Origin: Laetmonice hystrix
Lineage: Eukaryota
Direction of reading: 5' to 3'
NCBI GenBank assembly: GCA_965235115.1
Contig: OZ249436.1
Span: 37,326,001-37,390,000, forward strand
Length of the DNA stretch: 64,000 bases
Position 1 is the stretch's first letter; each line of letters begins with the position of its first letter. The position numbers and the translations under genes are program-made. The notes beneath the pieces were generated by a model. It made no database searches. It was not told the DNA's origin and saw nothing but the letters and a program-made list of their open reading frames with translations. Below, piece after piece: positions 49,509 to 64,000 of the stretch.

Positions 49509-52099
49509 CCTTTGTATATCAGACAAAAATAGCACGGTGTACTGTCGGTTGGATATCAACGTCTGGAGGCAACCGAACAAATCCAATCAATAATGAAAAC
49601 ATTATTGATCCTCATCAGATGTCCTCACACTTCCTCAGGCGTATAATTAGAGCCACAATAGGTCCTTCTCGGTCCACCACAAATAATAGGTAATCAGCAA
49701 GCAAAGTCTCACTGTAAGTGCGCTTTTACAATGTCATGGCGCACCACTAGGTCAAGTGACGCGAGCGGGGCGAGTTCTCCATATAAAGGAGATGGGAGAT
49801 TCAAGGTCGTGCAGTGCGCCTCGTATATTTCCGTGCATCATTTTGTCTGGGGCAGAAAAAGGTGCCTGCCGATCACGACCCCAGAGCTACCGTCTGGGCT
49901 CTGTTTGTGTGCGCCCACGAGGTGGTCGTGTGGGGAGCATATATGTAAAAGGCGGTCAATAGGAACGGCTGGCGCAACGCTTGTCTGGAGGAACTGCAGC
50001 AGGCAAGGTCTGGCGTGCCAGGCTGGTAGCGGGTCTACGTGACGGAGATGGTGAGGGGCGGGGGGGGGGGGGGTAACAAGGGATGCCAGAGGGACGCCCA
50101 CGACACAGGCAACCACTCATGAAACGTCGCGTTTTGTAGATAGGCGACATGTTATACCAATTTATCTATAGAAGTTGTTATTATACAAAAGAGCCAGTGG
50201 TGGTGATGGTGATGGATCAGCAGGAACCGCTGGGTTGGTCTAGAGAAGGCAGACATGCAGGGAGAGGGTCTATTTAACCACTTGGCACCGTCACCTGCAC
50301 TGATAGTACAGCTCTGTTTGCAAATAACACCCTCATTCAAATATGGCTTGCCCGTCGGTCAAACACTTTAGTTCCCTTGCTTTCCTTGGTGTCACATATG
50401 AACGCTCCAAGAATTTAAGCCTAAATTACAACGCGATTATTGGCATATTTGAGATCACATCCTCGCTGATGCTGCTTCTAGACTTGCCTACAAACTCACT
50501 ACTATGATGGATTTGGTGACCCCTCGGAAGGTAGCTCTACTGTTGGGGTAAAATGATTTCACTGGCAGCAAATTGTGCTGGCTATATGGAACAAACCATC
50601 ATTGGGAGATGATTGTGCAGAGCGAAACACTTACAGAGGATGAATATTATATATGTTGGCGAGGGGAGTATAGCCTTAGATCATTGAGCGATATCACTGA
50701 GCCAGATCCATTAGTCTATCGAATCAAACCTATATATAGCACAAACAACATTCAGCAGATCTGGCAAACAGCAATAGATACCACAAGAAGACAGCGTACA
50801 TTAAAGCTAGGACAGCAATCGCATCCATTTGATTGCACGCAATCGAACCCAATGCCCAAGCATAAGCCTTCAGTAATGGCAGACCATGATGAAATGTTGT
50901 ATTATAGAACAAACCTGTAAGTCATAATGGTCTTTGATGTAAAAGAGAATTCTTTAACAGGCAGCCAAAGTACAAAGTCTATAAGTATTTCCTTCGCGTA
51001 TGCACATCTGCAGGACAGACAGCAGTTGAGAAAGCCTTGCCCGCACGAATTGATAGCACGAACGCGAGACACTGCTCAAGTGGAAAAAGTTATGGGCCCT
51101 AGCACTGAGTAGAATTTAACTCCTACGTTAGTATCGCTGTTCCTCTTTGCAATATTCTTTCTTGTGTGTCCAGCCAAACAGGACTTGTAGACGATACCGT
51201 AGCTTTTTCTTGAGAAAGCTGCTCATTATACAATTACAAAACACGTCAGTATTTGAAAATTATCATATTATTTTTCATAAGTGAGCAACCCCACTGGTCT
51301 CATATTTCCAAGAAGCTGGCTCTTACTGACTTTTGAACAACTATCTTACCTAGCCAGCGTTACCTCAATTAGTATTTTTTGTACTCTCCAAAGCACGTTT
51401 TATGACAGATCTTCCCTGATCGTTGTAAAGATGTGACTTTCAGGATCACGAAATGTCATTTATATGATAACGACACGTAGCAGTGAGGGACTGGCGACAA
51501 CTCATATTACACTCCAGAGAAGCGTGACAGTGAATGCCAATATCTCATCAATATACAGGTCGTTCTTGATGAGCCTGTCAGAAGCTCAGGGTTTTGGAGG
51601 CGTATTTTTTACATCCTCGAATGATCAATGATGCACCAATCTTATAGGGTTTCCCACGTTATTCATCAGTATCGTGCAACACCTGTCAACACATTTATCT
51701 TCTATCCTAAAAGTTTACTTGTCATCTCGTATACATTTGACTGTCGTTTTTCTACGGGTAAATTCCTTTTTAAAGGGCGTGGCTTGCATATTAATAAAAT
51801 ATACAAATGTGCTTGCATACCGTTACGGCAATTATAGATGTTTGCTTTGTTGAATTCACTAAATTAACACTATGAATCCAACACCTCATAGACCTGTAAC
51901 TAAACATTTTATATATGTGTTCTCCTTTAAATTTCCTTTTATTTACTACACTATAAATGGTGTAGGCCTAACGGAATTATATTGAATCTTACACATTTGC
52001 AGAAAAAACGGTTTACCTGAGCACCAGAAGATAAGTATAAACTTTTTATTTCAATGAAATAGTCAAATATGACGTCTGACCGGTATCATGATACATCTG

Positions 52100-52181
52100 G
52101 ACCCGGTTCCTAAAATCTTAAGATCTTACTTAAGTTTAGGCTTAACGCTTCTGATTGGCTGGTCGGCTTAGAAACCGGGCC
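52100..52181. mobile_element. Short Harbinger-like MITE, CTG TSD
   Basis: CTG-gacccggttcctaa ... ttagaaaccgggcc-CTG; contains ctgattggc. Confidence 0.65.
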
Positions 52182-55100
52182 CTGGGGAACACTTGCTTGT
52201 ATTCAGGCATGAGAGTATTCCGATTTTCCTACGATTTTCATTCAAATTTATGGTAAACAACATCTATGCAAATCGGGGGGGGGGGGGGGTTAAACCTTTC
52301 CGACCCAGAACTTGCCGGCAAACTGGAAGCAGCAACATGGCAACAACTGCATGTTCTCTTTTGGCGGTTACCTGGACGCTGGAATTGGTGCCTGATCACG
52401 GTGATCCTGGTAGGCAAACTGTCACCCTGCATGGTTGAGCGTTCCGGGAAGCCAGTTCGGCCTGGTTTCACGCTTACCTCGTCAAAATCTATGCACCTTC
52501 TGTCCCGAGGATACTTCCTCGGTTTAATAGACGTATGTATTGTAAACAGACACCAGCAAAATGCACGGTCAGCTTCACATTCCACATTTCTTGTCGGGAA
52601 CACTCAAAAACAACGCTGCTTTCCGCCATCGGGAATGTCTGACCTGGAGACAGCGTTTCAACGGGTGAGATGATCACGTGATTGCGGCTATATTCTCGCG
52701 TTCTGTTAAAAGGGTGTATAGTCGCCCGGCCAAAACTCTATCGCGTAGGTTGGCTGCAGGTCTAGAAAAACACGCGTGTCATTCCAAATTTGCTGGTTTT
52801 TTAAAAATATTTTTAAAAAATAGTCACGAAATCCGATCAGGCAAGTAGGCAGTGTTATGGAACATAATTACCAGACCATATACAAGCAGTATTTTCGCCA
52901 ATTTGTAAAATATATATAAAATAATTGACATAACCCCTTTAATGGAATATTGTGAAAACTCTAGGGTACCTGACTTTATTTGCTCAGCAGACAGAGGCTT
53001 GCCCCTTGATCCGAATGGGGTCTCGCCATCCTTCCATGTCCCCAGGAATTTTTAGATTTTTTTTCCAGTCGTCACTATCTTGCCTGATGTATCCTAAGAT
53101 TCGGCTCGATCAATGATCTCTTTAAAGACATTATCTCCGCCCTAGGCCTGGTTCACAGGCACAGACAAAATTTAATCAACTTCCAATAGCTTGGGGGCCA
53201 ACTACGCTTGAATTTCACTGCTTGAAATTGATTCAAGCAAATTATATTTAGTTTGACTTTGATTGTTGTCCCTGATCTCCGGTCCTACTGGACTTGAAAG
53301 CTGGACAGAGCTTCGACCTTTCAAAGATGGGGTGGGAGTGGGTGGGGGTTAAGAGGGGCTCATACCCTAACGAACTCGTCTCGGGTTTGATTCAATGCTA
53401 ACGGCTGGTATGTCTTTTGCATCTCAGCATGTACATTACCATTTTTATTCCTGACAAAAATCTGCCTACGCCAGCAAATGAAGAAGAAGAAGAAACCTTC
53501 GCTTCCCTGACACTGGCAAAAACTAATGGGGCACAGAGACAGACAGAGAGACGGACAGTAACGGACGGAAGGCCCTTTAGATAATATAAAACCTACCAAC
53601 CAACCTACCAACCACCTACCAACTCATCAGTGACACCTAAAGGAAAATGTATCTCTGTAGATATCTTTCTGATGTTCTTTGCCCTGACCTGAATTACTGG
53701 CTAAACTAGGTGGCACTCACCTTAAGCAAAGATCAATTGACGGAGTGCAAGGGTCCACCGGTAAGTAAGGACATGGTACCTTCCTTCCAATGTGGACGCA
53801 GGAGTCCTCATGGTCTCACTAACATCGCAATCCACAACAGATTATTAACTGAAATGAAGAGCAAAGAGAAAAACATGAAAACATGAGGAATAGACCAAGA
53901 TATGTTATACAGGAATAATGCACGACGACTATAATTTTCTTTTTATTCAGTATGGCCCCCGGCAACCATGATGGATTCAAACACGCGACTTTGAGCTAAA
54001 ATAAAAGTAGACACATACTAGGGGCAACATGTTTACGAGTACTTACTTTGTAGGTCAAAAGGGACCACACATCTTTTCTATCGTCTGTTCCTTCAAGATA
54101 TTACAAAGTGACAACTGATGACTAACGTCACATCAAACGACCCGACACATATTAATCCTGGGTCTATCACAAAAAACCATACCCTTATTCGGACACGTTA
54201 AATCTAATGCACAACATTGTCCCAGTTACTCCCCCGTGGTAACTTCCCCACAAATTATTGGACAGGGGTTGGCTTAAGGTCAGAGATAGGGACAGAGATA
54301 GCATAGGGATATGTTTTTGGGAGGTGTAGGGACCGGGGTTAGGGGTTAGGCATAAGGTCAGGGCTATGGCTCTTTACTTTCAACCAAATTTCGTGGGGTT
54401 TAAGTTATCATGGACAATGTACCCACATCTGAGGCGTCCGAATTATGCCAATAATGCATTGGAACATAACTGATATTCCCCACATAAATAGCCATCGAAT
54501 GTTTTCAAGAACAGGGCTAAGGTCACGTATCCTTCCGAGCAGCCGATCAAAATATTGCCTTCGGTGCTGAGTCCATTGATACCAATGAGTGTAGTCTTGC
54601 AGCGATCAAAGCTACCGCGGATGGCATGTTGGTGTGTACTTAAAATGTATGCACACACACCCTTGGGCACGCCAGCTTTGCGACATGAGCTAGCATCGCA
54701 GTTATATAAGGTTGATTGGCCATTTGATGAGTGAATAAGTGTTTTTGCGCCGCGTCGGCAAATAAAAGCCTTCTTAACGGCGATCTGTTCCATCGACATG
54801 TTTTGCAAACTTCCGCATTGTGCATCATGTATATGCTCAAAGGTATAAAACTGAAGCAACTGAAGTGTTAAATGATATGATTTCTTGCAAACCACTTTAC
54901 TTTGCCCGATCTTATAGCTCAACTAATAAAACTGGCATGACGACAAGAATAGCGGACTATAGTGTCATTTGATGGCGTTATTCAGCAAGGTCCTCCCCCA
55001 GTGACCCTTCGGTAATAACATTGACAGAGGGCTTCCATTTCACTAATCATGAGAGTGGGTCCGGGTTTATTCAAAGGTGCGGGCCCCATCTGGTCCGGCT

Positions 55101-56562
55101 TTTTATACCCTAACCGATGGTAAGATCCGGGGGCGGCGACCGGGGCGAAAAGGATTATTACCGGCTTTGAGGGCCCCACCGTCGACCGGCTTCTGGCCAA
55201 GCCCCACCCGGAGGTAGGGCCGCGCCTTAATGTCATACCGTCGGCTTAATTGTCTTATATGACAGGAACAGCGGCGCCCCGCCCCTCGCCACGACTGGAC
55301 TACTGTTTCCGTGCTCTCACAGGAGGTCAGCGACCCATGCATATGGAAACTATACAATTCTACCCCCGATCCTCCATCTCTGGTCAGACAAAAAAAAATC
55401 AGATTTTCTTTTTCATTTTACTTCTGTCCCGAATGTGTATTTCTTTTTAAACTGTTAAGTATTCCTGCCAAACAAAACCGTTAATATCAGTGGGGTCATG
55501 TACTATGCACAAAAGACGAGTTATTTTTGGAGTGTTCCGTTTTCCATTTTAAGTATAGATGAAACAAATAAGAAACATCGACCGTGTGGTTGTGGAGGTC
55601 TAAAAGCATCTGAGACACGGAATATCGATCCCATTTTAATGGGATATCATAATTATCATATTCGTTAATTTGGATCCCGTTTTGTCATTGTCATCGTCGT
55701 TATTATACCACTGCAGTTTTCATCGCCTCCGATCAGGATTTTCTTTAATATTGTTATTATATTTACAATTTGATTTTTAAACATTAGCGTCGGTTCTGTA
55801 ATGAATTAATATTTCACGCAGAATTACGCCCTCTATAATAGAAATAATGCTGTTCCCGTCCATTCACTTTTTTCTGACTTTTCTTCAAGCCGCCAGTCTG
55901 CCAGCATCTGTCTTGACTCCTTTTTTTATCGAGTCCGGCGCGCCAGAGACGCCTGAAGGTGAGGCTCCCATGCACTCCTTTGCGTGGTCGGAAAATTCCT
56001 ACGAGCCCTTCGCGATTTACCCTTTGCCCTTACCTTTTCCCCGGGTCGTCACGCGTCCCCTGCTTTGCCAGCCACTTGGTCACGGAAACCGCCCAGAGCA
56101 TTTCATCAAATTCTCCTAGCGGTGAATATATAAATTTCACAAGAGTGACCTTCAATCGTCCGTGAAATGAGATGACAAATAAAAGCGTCTAGACCAGCAC
56201 GCGTGTCCCGCTCCTGTTTCAACCGTTCCATCCACCGGTTGCGGATACGTCATAAAATTTCAAGGGCGCCGAGACGGGGGCACCCCCCATATAATAAGAA
56301 AATAACACCCTGCACGGACAATCTGAAAGGAACTCTGTCCAGGATCAATAATGTTCGCGGAATAAAAGCATTAGAGGCTGGCAGAACACGTGAGGTGTGT
56401 GCCTGACGGTGAGAACTACGAAACACCTGAACATGCATTGGGAGCGCTAAGATTAATGCTTGACTCAGGGTATAATCAAACAGTTTAAGCTACAAGATAA
56501 TAAACCATGAAGGATTGTAATGTTAGAAAGGATGATTAATAGGATTCGACAACTCATTTTAA

Positions 56563-56722
56563 AAGGTGCCTTTGAAGAGTTTCGGTATCCTTCCCTATAA
56601 TGCAATTGTTCGGCAGTCTTTTCCTTGCACCAGCTTTTCGCTACTCTGTATTGATTTCAAGGTAGGCAACGAGAGGAAATTTCTTCTTTGAAATAAACAC
56701 TCGGCGACTTCAAAAGCACCTT
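56563..56722. mobile_element. Small TIR element
   Basis: aaggtgcctttgaag / cttcaaaagcacctt. Confidence 0.5.
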
Positions 56723-57955
56723 AAGCTATTACAAAGCGTCATTTTCACATCTTTCATTAGGGATCCAGTCGAGGTTCCATCCTAAAAATGTCATTAGAAC
56801 GATCTATAGTCTTTAGCTTATAAACGTAGGCCGGCTGGGGAAGGCTTCCTGATTTGTGGAACAGTTGGCCGCCTGGTAAATGGTCCAATCACGTGACACG
56901 TTTTATCATGTCCCTTTTCCCCGCCACGTTAACCTCCTGCAATTATTTCTAGCGGTATCCAACCGTTGGCGATTGAGATATATTGAAAGCATCATCCTTC
57001 TATAACATAATGCCGGTAGTTATATGTTTGCCCCAGCTACATTATGTCCCACCGACGGATTTGGCTGACGGTGCTGGCCATCTAAAAATGCTCCAACTCG
57101 CGAACCGGGTTCCCGCATTTTATTAGAATGTGCCATTTACCATGATCAAATCAAATCCCTGTAACGCACAATGGCGCGTTCCCCTTCCAGACTGAGGGCA
57201 GTAATGAAACCATGCAGTTGTTGCCTGTGGAGGACGAACCATAATTGTTTGGTCACGCAGCCGTCAAGTCTGCACACATGGTTATATGTATGGCGCGCCC
57301 TCTCCAGTTCAGACATGCTTTGTCGTGTTCCTTATCTAGGAAAACAGTATCCTCCTATTTGACAACGGTAGTGTACATTTTGTGAAGGGTCGAATTGTTG
57401 GCATAATCTATAAACGGTTCCTGTCTGGCCTGGCGATAGAGGCCGACGCCCTTTTCGGCAGAGGGCTTTTGTATAGGCCGGCCCGCGCAGCTGGCTGCCT
57501 CACATTGTCAGTCCAGCCCTGAGCGTGATTGGCCACCACTTCGATACACATTTTGAGTAATTCCCTAGACGCAAAGTCCGTCCCTGGAACTGGCAAAAAC
57601 ATGTCCAGTCACGGAGCGGTTGCTTTGGTATACTGTCTCTGTGTTATACGTACAGAGTGTATACAGTATACCAAAGCGGATAATTAAACAAAAACTGATA
57701 ATACTTCAGTCGAATCTCTATCTCTCGAACTTTTATAGACAGCCCCTCCCCCCCCCCCCCCCCATGTGCTTTGGCTAAGATCCCCTTGTCACTATTACGA
57801 GGCGGCCCGGGTTTGTTTTTTTTGTATTTACTTATTTTTATTCCATCAACATCATCGTCCATCATCACTCTAGTCACAGAACTATAACTATAGTTCTGTG
57901 CTCTAGTCGTCATACTCCTTGGGACCCGAGGAACAGTCATTTTGGACCCGTCCAG

Positions 57956-58081
57956 GGCCCGGTTCACAAACAAAGTCAAGTCAATTTTAATTAACTTGAA
58001 ATCCCTTTTAACCAATCAGATTCAAGTAAAATTGACTTCAAGTCAATTAAAATTGACTTGACTTTGTTTGTGAACCGGGCC
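57956..58081. mobile_element. Harbinger-like palindromic MITE, CAG TSD
   Basis: CAG-ggcccggttcacaaacaaagtcaagtcaattttaatt ... aattaaaattgacttgactttgtttgtgaaccgggcc-CAG; central ccaatcag. Confidence 0.88.
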
Positions 58082-60451
58082 CAGGACTATTAAAGCAAGA
58101 TTCAAATAAAACGTTGTATCCCTGAAGACAACTCATGTTGGAATACAAAACGTAAAACCAACACTCTACTTTCAGAGACGGTTTGACACTACGTCTTCAG
58201 GAACAAGAACAAGGGGGTTGTTTATGGCAGCCATTCGGACCATAAGGATGTATTTTGTCTATTTCACCATTAACACAGTTCATATACAAAACGACAACCG
58301 CCGTGCCCACTCTTCACCTTGTCAGTCCTCAGACCATTATAAAGGTTCACTTCACAATAAAAATAGTTTTTACTCGTCCTTTTCCATCGGTCCTAGGGCA
58401 TGGGATGGCAGTAGACTCGGGCGTTTGTCGACATAAAAGTTTGATTTATACGAAGAAACATTCCCCACCATTTATATAATGTCTATCGATCGCTTACTTA
58501 GAGCCAGGGTCTTTGCCAAAGAGTGTTTGATCTATTACATCCTAGGGGGGAGGGCTAAACGCTGACGTCAGAAGTCAATTTTTACTAGCCGACCTTTTCG
58601 TTTCGCGATATCAATTTAGGAGTTGTAAGCATCGTTCAAAGCAATGGAAACCTTCCGCGGAAATGTTCCAGGACGTAGCTGGAGAAGATCATCCTAATTA
58701 AGACGGAGATAGGAAGGACTATGGAATAAGCAGCGGGAGGTTGGTTAATCAACGGACGCACAGGATCAGATACTGAGGCAATACTTTTAATGTGTATCCC
58801 ATCATGAGCCTAGTGACTATACGCTCCGGAAGGGAAACCCTATCTTACTTCTTTAATGGCTGTAAGTCCCGCATCTACATTTCCTGGGAAGCCTTCCCAG
58901 ACTCCGGCGGAAGCAATATCAAGCGAAGTCTCAGAGACATTTGATGACGAGTTTGGTAATGGTAAAAGTCCATATTAAAGTTAAAGCTTTCATTTGCTCA
59001 GTAGCTAAGATCAAAGGAGCACTACCATAATATTCATATCACTATAATTAGTGCCTTGAAGTGTCATCAGTTCCCACATTTATAATTTTAGTCCAGGCTA
59101 TCTACAGCTCTAACTTCTAGTTTTTTATTTTCTATAATAGAAACATATACATACATAATATTAATTTTTCAATTTAATTTATCCTTTGATTAACCTTTGA
59201 ACTAAAGCTAAAACAAAAACTAAAACAAATCAGGATTACCTAATTCGCCGACATCAACGTATGGGCTCCATGGTATTTCAACTCATAATTGAGGAATTCC
59301 CGTAGAACACCAAACTAGGTTGCCTTGGCAAGCCAATCACCAGGTTGAATTTCAACGTAAAAGAAACTGACATTTTTACATCAGTTGGGATGAAGTGGTC
59401 CTTACAGATTATGCTCAGCACATAGAAACCCGATATAATCCGCCAGTCCGCTACTCGTATTACCATCATTAATCCAGCCTTCTTGATTCTCCAAGAACAC
59501 TACCTAAGGCGATTAGTCTCCAAAGAAAGGAAGATGTATATTCAATGCAGATTTCGAACATGAAACCTGATAATTCAAGGAACGCCGACAGTTGCCAACT
59601 CTGTTAGATATCTTCATACAGTGATACTGGTCAAGCGGCTGTAAAAGCACGTCTCCGAGCAATTTATTTTCATCAGACTCTGGCAGACATGAAATAACGC
59701 ACTGAGACTTTCCTAAATCCTTCTCACTCTGGCTCCCAAGCGGCGATCATATGAATCACCACTGGTGCATCGTGAGTTTGGGACCCCCCCCCCCTACTTT
59801 CACAACTGCAGTTGAGCCGGAATTTAAAGATTGTAAGTATTTTTGCCAAAACTTGAAATAACAAAGTAGTGAAATGCATTCAATGATGATTGCAAATTAG
59901 AAATTCCGGTGACGGAAATGGCCGCCGGCAACTTCCGAAGCCGAAGGTGGCCTAAAAGTTTCAACCGGAATGGAGCGTCTAAATGGAATTTCAGTACCTC
60001 CACATAATCAGCTTTTCCTAGCAGATCCTGCACATAAGAACCATAATTCAAATTGCATGTAATATGGAAACTATAATATTCTCCTGTGGGCTATATTGAA
60101 AGACTGTTTACTGCTCTTGAATTCGGGCCCCTTTATTCACCCCTGCTCAGGAGGTAAAGCGTGGTATACCAGATCAGTCGAAACTTCTGACGTCATTTCC
60201 GGTTCAGAAATAACCTCGGCTGTTACGGTGGCCCATAAGGCATGTATTATTTGCTATTTCCAAAGAAATCACTATGTCTTTCGGGTTTTTACTTTTAAAT
60301 ATCGACCATTTCGCTTTCTAATGGCGAATAGAGGAGAACGAGCTAGGAATAACAATTGAGAAGGCAGAAAAGATTGCGATGAAGACCAAATATTACCTGA
60401 CGAAACAGGAAAAAGTATGAGAATCCAAGAAACTCAAATGAAAATGCAAGA

Positions 60452-60527
60452 AAAATATTTCCACCGCCGCGGAAATATTATCACTCCGATGGAAATATTA
60501 TCACCGCGGTGGAAATATTTCCACCGC
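60452..60527. repeat. Short ~20-bp tandem of palindromic units
   Basis: ggaaatatt(t/a)..cac units, including the perfect palindrome gcggtggaaatatttccaccgc. Confidence 0.7.
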
Positions 60528-60814
60528 ATCCCAATAAGTCATAGTAATAATCGGACACCCTCCAGAAGGTCTTCGACAATATGAAGAAGCGTGTCCGGAC
60601 ATGTCCTGATGCCCGTGGGGAACATTTTCAACATCTGCTGTAGGAACAACTGCAACTGCTAAGCCGTAAGTGAGATTTTACTGCACGGTAACTTTTGGGA
60701 CACCCAGTATTTTTCTAATTGGTCCATTTCAGCGCTCCACAACTGCATCATTAAAGGTATTGACATGTCAAGCCGTCGTCTGTGGGATTAGGAGACTCGC
60801 CCCCGACCCGACTT

Positions 60815-60895
60815 TCCTCCCCCTCCCCTCCTCCTCCCGCTCCTCCTCCTCTTCCTCCTCCTCCGTCCTCCTCCTCCTCCTCCTCCGCCCTCCTC
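60815..60895. repeat. (CCT)n low-complexity tract
   Basis: Direct reading. Confidence 0.9.
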
Positions 60896-63639
60896 ATTAC
60901 TTTCTCGTTGAAAAGCCTAGACCCAAACCGAGGCAAGTTAGAAAGGTATTTTCGCTCTGAATATGGCGCAAATACTGCATTACAGAGAGGGCGTATAAAG
61001 GACCTAATTAACTACTCCGTTTTTGACCTATATCACGAAATTATTATTGGAAAATAGATTTACGTACCTTTAAGAGATCTCTTTTTTTATGTAATTGCCT
61101 TCGGCTGTTCCGAAAGTTGATACGGTATGTGATAGGGCTGATACGGTATGTGATAGGTCCTATTTGGACTGGGACTCCTGAATAGCCTGACCCGTCCGTG
61201 GTCCAGTCAGTAAAGGAACCTTAGTATTCTCGTTCAACGTAGCGGGTATTGTGCTCAATTATAATGTTACTCGATCCACCGGAATTCCGATAATTGACTT
61301 AGGCTACTAAAGTGTTAAGACGTTAGAGGGAGCATGTCACGCTTCGTCGGAGATCAGGCACGTCCTGCGTCCACTTCGAATCATTCTGAAATCCGTTTCC
61401 TAAAATGAAAAACCCGCCCGATGTAAAGACCCACCGGCACTTGGCTGTACCAGAGAAAGCCAAACAGCGACTAGGTTTTTTTTCTATCTAGGGCCTAAAG
61501 AATGCTTGTTACATCTGCGTGTTCGAATATTAATAGCCTAGAAAGAAACTGTACATGTCTTCAAGGACAAGATCGGTGTATGCAAAGCAAATATCTGCAA
61601 ATGCGTGCCGTCTAACAGTATTTGCACGAAGGTGCACATAAAGTTGACAAAGTAGACATTCAGTCCTTTATTACAGTACTTCTGTCGTCGGTTGACTTTG
61701 TTGCACGGGCCATGAAATGGGGTTGTCGTTTGACTATGGTTGATGTAAAACCTGCGGAAAACGACACATTTCAATCAAAGCAATACTCTCACTGTGGGGA
61801 GAAACGTATTTGTCTAGGCTAGTTTATGCAGTCATTGATGACCGTCTAAGTTTCTGTCTCTGTGCCTCTCTCTCTCTATGTCTCTCCTGTCTGTGTCTCT
61901 CCCTCTCTCTGGAAGGTGGTCTATATTTAGAAAGTCAGGAAGGGTAGAAGTCGCCTGAGACTTTATCTACTATAGTCAATCTCAACTACCATGACACAAT
62001 GCCCTCTCATTACGCTACTACATATTTATATACACTTTCTCCGCCGTTAGTTATGTCTAATATGACGGCATGACGTGCACTGTATGGCTGCTTCCTCAAG
62101 ACCACCAACCTCACCGTGTTTGAAAGGTTATTTCGCCTTATGACGTAAAACGATGGCCATGCATTTAACACCACCATGTTACCATGTTTTTTATGACCAG
62201 AGATCTCCTGGACGGAAAGATTGTGTATAAATAACACACGCCCGGCGCCAGACTGGAATAGCTCCTTCCCTAAGGACGTCCCACCATAGATCCCAGTAGA
62301 TAAATCTCATCAGTCTTCGGTCAGTAACGCCTCCTCGTTAAAAAAAACTCGTAGTCGGACATTGTACTAGAAAAAAGAGTAATACTAGGCGAAGAGCAGT
62401 GTGCTATTGAGAGATCTCTAATATGATGAGATGACCAGATAGAAACCTCCCTCCCCCTCCATGTTGTAATTCTCTAGATATGAATCGTTGATCTTCGGAT
62501 CCCCTGTCGTATAAATAATCAGAGCATAGGCCTGGAATCTGGCAGCATGACGTCATCGCTCCCGACCAATGGGCTTACATCATTAACGAGCGCCTGGTAT
62601 GTCCTAATCGGTGTCCATGGGTGGCATGGGGCACGCCCCTGTTTTCGTGAATGTGCTCGTGGGTATAATCCAGTAGATAATGTCGATAACTAACTGGTCT
62701 GCGAGTGCGACATTTCCTTTCTTGCCTTTGCTTGCTATCAACATAAATGGTTCGCGGCAGTTCTATGGATTGGATCGCTGACATTCGTTTGACAACCTAG
62801 CTTTCCTGTCAGCCATTTAGGTTAGGACTTTGGCGATTGCGCGTCAATTCAAGAAAGTTATTCTGGCAGTAAAAGTAGCCACCCTTGGGGTTCAATCCCA
62901 TCGTAAAGCAACACCGTGAAGATGATCTAGTAACGTTTGAGGTACAGATGAGACATTGAGTTTCTACTGGCTCGGGGAATTAACGATGCTTCCTAAATCT
63001 TCTTGAATAAAGACAAATTGAGTTGACCGCGTTTGTCTACCGCAAGCACGATCAACGACTTTAGCTTTCCACTTTTTTTCTGTTCTTATTTTCCTCCTAT
63101 ACAAACAGCCTGGGAAATCTAGGCTATATGTATAATGTATCATAGAAAATGACGTCAGCCAGCGGTACCCCAGGGGGGTTGTAAATCCGCTGTGTAGTGT
63201 CCACGCAAATGTCCATCAGATGTAGTAAAAGCTGGGCGTGTTTCCGTCACGTTATCCCCGTACCATGCCAACCGACACCACCACGGCTGCACACAAGTCA
63301 TATGAGATTTGTATCGCCTTTCTTCAAGGTGTTCATGTTTCCGCAACCGAGATGAACACAGGTGATGTGTAGGCGTAATTGAGTTGGACCCATTCTGGTC
63401 CGAGAGTCTTGGATCTTGGACATACAACACGATTGGAAATCGTGTCGAAGCAAGAGAGGCCACATCAGATGCCAAGTCCCAGAAGGTATGTCATTGTCAT
63501 TCATGACGTTAAACGTGAATCTAATTATACCATGTTCTGATAGGTTCCTGTGTGTGTTCCGGTTTATTGTTCACTACCGGCGTCAGGGACATGAACACAC
63601 CTCACGCTCAGATCTATTAAAATCAGGAATCCATGTGTC

Positions 63640-63737
63640 CGTAGTGCGTATTGCGTAATGAAAACACGTATGACGCACACATGGAATCACTCCAACTTGT
63701 TTCCATTCATTTTGAAGAATACGCATTACGCACTACG
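63640..63737. repeat. Small inverted-repeat element
   Basis: cgtagtgcgtattgcgta / tacgcattacgcactacg (1 mismatch in 18). Confidence 0.65.
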
Positions 63738-64000
63738 AATTAGGCCTATGGTGAGGTGAGGCATTTTTCAAAATACAACACCGGCAGCGAAGTGGTCACA
63801 TGACCTTGCATGCCCTGACTCTGAACCAGAGACCGAGACAGGTCTATTGCCGAATCCCTAAACCAGGATTCCAGAGGGACTATATCTGGCAGATATAACT
63901 CCGCCTACGAACAGTGTTCAGACTGAGGTAAGCTGGCGGTCTTTAGCCTCCCAGCCGATACATCGCTGTCTGAACACAACATCAGATAAAGTGACGGCCG

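Noticed and set aside
49580..49622. Minus-strand CTGATGAG followed by an 11-bp hairpin (hammerhead-like)
   Set aside because: No GAAA after the stem and no stems I/III identifiable
49732..50044. Possible solo LTR (tgtcatgg...cgtgacg, TATA-like ccatataaagg)
   Set aside because: No terminal CA, no TSD, no second copy in the window
54265..54365. Telomere-like ttaggg variants (also ~7900 and ~11015)
   Set aside because: Too degenerate and short for interstitial telomere; more likely repeat-internal low complexity
54443..54922. 159-aa ORF (likewise 50573-50920 and 23720-23941)
   Set aside because: Non-ATG start and no recognisable domain; cannot be supported without a search

Overview
Eukaryotic (animal, probably marine protostome/lophotrochozoan-type) genomic DNA, almost entirely non-coding. 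The only host gene I can support is the first coding exon of an HCN/Ih hyperpolarization-activated cyclic-nucleotide-gated channel (minus strand, 6152-7128); its next exon is not recognisable in the window. The other ~57 kb is upstream or 5' intron sequence full of transposon debris. This includes a nest of a pogo-like element, two MITE families and a 5'-truncated LINE (16.0-20.8 kb), a tRNA-derived SINE with TSD, many MITEs, a foldback mariner remnant, a THAP remnant, a 13x60-bp array and a ~3.36-kb 24-bp minisatellite. The most unusual signal is a dense cluster of TA-anchored micro-insertions (TAGGCCTA, TAGCCTA, TAGATCTA, often stacked) at 14-23 kb. They look like repeated excision footprints of GG...CC-ended, TA-targeting transposons, and elements with such ends lie inside the cluster. 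No prokaryotic system or CRISPR array is present. All calls and counts were made by eye, without database searches.
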